Assembly: GCA_010093605.1 (NCBI GenBank)
Contig: MU004186.1
Span: 2,088,616 to 2,152,615, forward strand
DNA from: Lophium mytilinum
Taxonomy: Eukaryota
DNA length: 64,000 bases
Reading direction: 5' to 3'
The position numbers were made by a program, and so were the translations under genes. The notes beneath the pieces are model-generated. The model worked only from the letters and a program-made list of their open reading frames with translations, did no database searches and had not been told where the DNA came from. Below are positions 62,003 through 64,000 of this stretch, in pieces (positions within the stretch are counted from its first letter, which is position 1; each line of letters opens with the position of its first letter).

Positions 62003-64000
62003 TCACCGACTTCTCGTAAATTTCCCTCGCTTCATCTCCTGCTTCAAACTTTCCTGTTGGCTAGGTAGCGGTCCTCTCCGCCGAACACTCGCTGCACCAC
62101 CTCTATTACTTTCACCGTTACCATTCTCAGGAGTACCCTGCTGAGGGGGAAACGGAAGCATGGGCAAGCCCTGTGCTGTGTTCGGTAGAGGCGGCGGTAC
62201 GAAGCCAGGCGGCGGTTGAAAGCCAGGTGGTGGTTGGAAGCCAGGAGGAGGGTGGAAACCAAGTGGCGGCTGGAATCCAGGCGGCGGTTGGAATCCAGGA
62301 GGAAGCATCCCAGGAGGTAACATCCCAGGGGGAGGTGGAGGAGGTAAGAAGCCTGGCGGCATTTGGAATTGGCCCGGTGGTGCATTAGCAAGCATTTCAG
62401 CGAACTTGGCAAGATCTGGCATCTTGCTGGGGTCCATTCCTGGGATATTGGGGAGGCCGGCGGGGAGAGGAGGGAAGGATGGAGGTAGTTGGGGTGCGCC
62501 GCCAATTCCTGGTAGGTTTTGGGCACCGCCTACGCTTGTGCCATCCGCAGATAGACCTGGGAGGCCAGACATGACAGGCTGTTTCGGCGGCATTTTTTGG
62601 TCTACGAGCCCTTCAGCCTCGTCCTCTGCTTCTTGCTCTTCCTCTTCGCGCAACTGTCTGTGTCTGTCTCTCCTATCGTATGTGCCCTGTGCTTCTGCTT
62701 CCTTCTGCCCGATATGGTAACGGTCATTGAAACAAGCGCTGTCTCCGGGGCGAGGTCTTGTCCAGAATCGAGTTACGCGGTCGTTGGAACCGGATGCTAG
62801 AAGATGACCCAGCGGATGCCAATCCATTGCCCAAATAGTGAAATCGTGTGCATACTGTATGCTATGCGCTGGGTATATGGTTTGCGCGGGTGCGTTTGAA
62901 GGATCGTTACTGTCGTATGGCGATAATGTAGTTGCGACTCCAGGAGGAGGATTCTGCTCGTCCAAGAGGTAGTGGTTGAGGCTGCCATCGACACCGCCAG
63001 TCGACAACAGGTTCTTGTGGATTGGGTGCCATATCAAGGTGATGATGTCTTTTTCATGACCTCGTAGAAGAAGTACGTCACGCATCATACGTAGATCAAA
63101 TATCCGAGCCGTGTGATCTCTGGCACACGTAGCCAGGAGGTCCCCCTGGTTGGGTTCAAAAGATGTCTTCGAGATTGTGTTCTTATGTCCATGAAGTGTG
63201 GTCAGACAACGCCCAGTCCGAGGATCCCACAGCTTGACCTGGTGGTCCTTTGAGCCCGATACGAGCAGTCCTTTCGTAGGATGCCAATCTACAGACTTGG
63301 CTTCCCAGCCGTGCCCAGTCAAAGTCGACTCTTCCGTGCCTCCTGCAAAGTCGAATATCTTGAGACTCGCGTCGTCGGAGCAGGTGACGAACTTGGAGTC
63401 TGTGGGCGCGAATGCTAGGCCACGAATTGGCTCGCTATGTGCTTGTATCGCTTTAACATTGTTGAAGTTGGGTTGCCAGTATTTTACGATGCCATCTTGG
63501 TCCGCTGATACCAGCCAGTCGTCGCTGTGCGAGTATACCGCTGCTCTTATAGCCGCGTCATGCGCCTATTATGGATCAGTTATTTGTCTTCTCCATACAT
63601 ATCCTTTGTTCCTGACCTGCATGATAGTCTCGAAATTGAAACCCATTCCATTCCACAAAGTGAACTCGCCACTTGTAGAGCCTGTCAGAAGACGCCGGCC
63701 TTCTGGAGTCCATCGCACGACGTTGATGGGGTGCTTTACTTTGTTCAAGGAGGAATGGAGGGCTTTGGCGGGTATTGATTCGGCGGCACTCGACAGTCTA
63801 CCCAGGGGCGGGAGCATCTACAGGATGTCAGTGTGATGCTTGATTGCCTCCTTACAATCACATACATCCACAATATAGCTTGCGCTAGGCCTCTCCATCT
63901 CTAGGGTCGAGCTGCCCTTGTACCGCGGACGTCGATTGCGCATCCATTGCACCATGGTAGATCCATAATCTGTGACAGGGCCTGGATAATGATAGGTCAG
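62003..64000 (-). CDS. PFS2: Polyadenylation factor subunit 2 (WDR33/Pfs2), 5' end outside the window
   Basis: [75 protein letters not shown]; Pro-rich tail with PPGFQP repeats. Confidence 0.95.

Noticed and set aside
62200..62345. 18-bp PPGFQP coding repeats in PFS2
   Set aside because: Ordinary low-complexity Pro-rich tail of this protein family.

Overview
Intron-containing genomic DNA from a filamentous ascomycete (Pezizomycotina, probably Dothideomycetes; inferred from gene style only). The left ~16 kb is mostly housekeeping: TRP2 (partial), ureG, an RFC1/MRPL16 divergent pair, three hypothetical genes, tRNA-Arg(ACG) and a decayed inverted copy of it. The right ~17 kb holds a RING-finger gene, ATP5 (OSCP), an intron-containing tRNA-Ser(GCT), an amidase pseudogene, a secreted GH27 alpha-galactosidase, a MAPEG glutathione S-transferase, a hypothetical gene and PFS2 (partial). 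The centre (~17.0-45.2 kb) is the main result: a nine-gene cluster made of one Gfo/Idh/MocA inositol dehydrogenase plus four divergent pairs. The pairs are MDR polyol/L-idonate-type dehydrogenase with gluconate-5-dehydrogenase-type SDR; GAR1-like hexuronate reductase with myo-inositol oxygenase; cytochrome P450 with its own NADPH-P450 reductase; and an inositol-type sugar porter with a Zn2Cys6 regulator. It reads as a self-regulated cyclitol catabolic pathway. I hypothesise that it handles plant O-methyl-inositols (pinitol, quebrachitol, sequoyitol, ononitol, bornesitol) through P450 O-demethylation and then MIOX and the fungal D-glucuronate route. A second notable find is a duplicated alternative terminal exon in a small conserved gene at 13.4-14.05 kb. 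All assignments come from reading motifs and splice signals by eye; no database searches were run.
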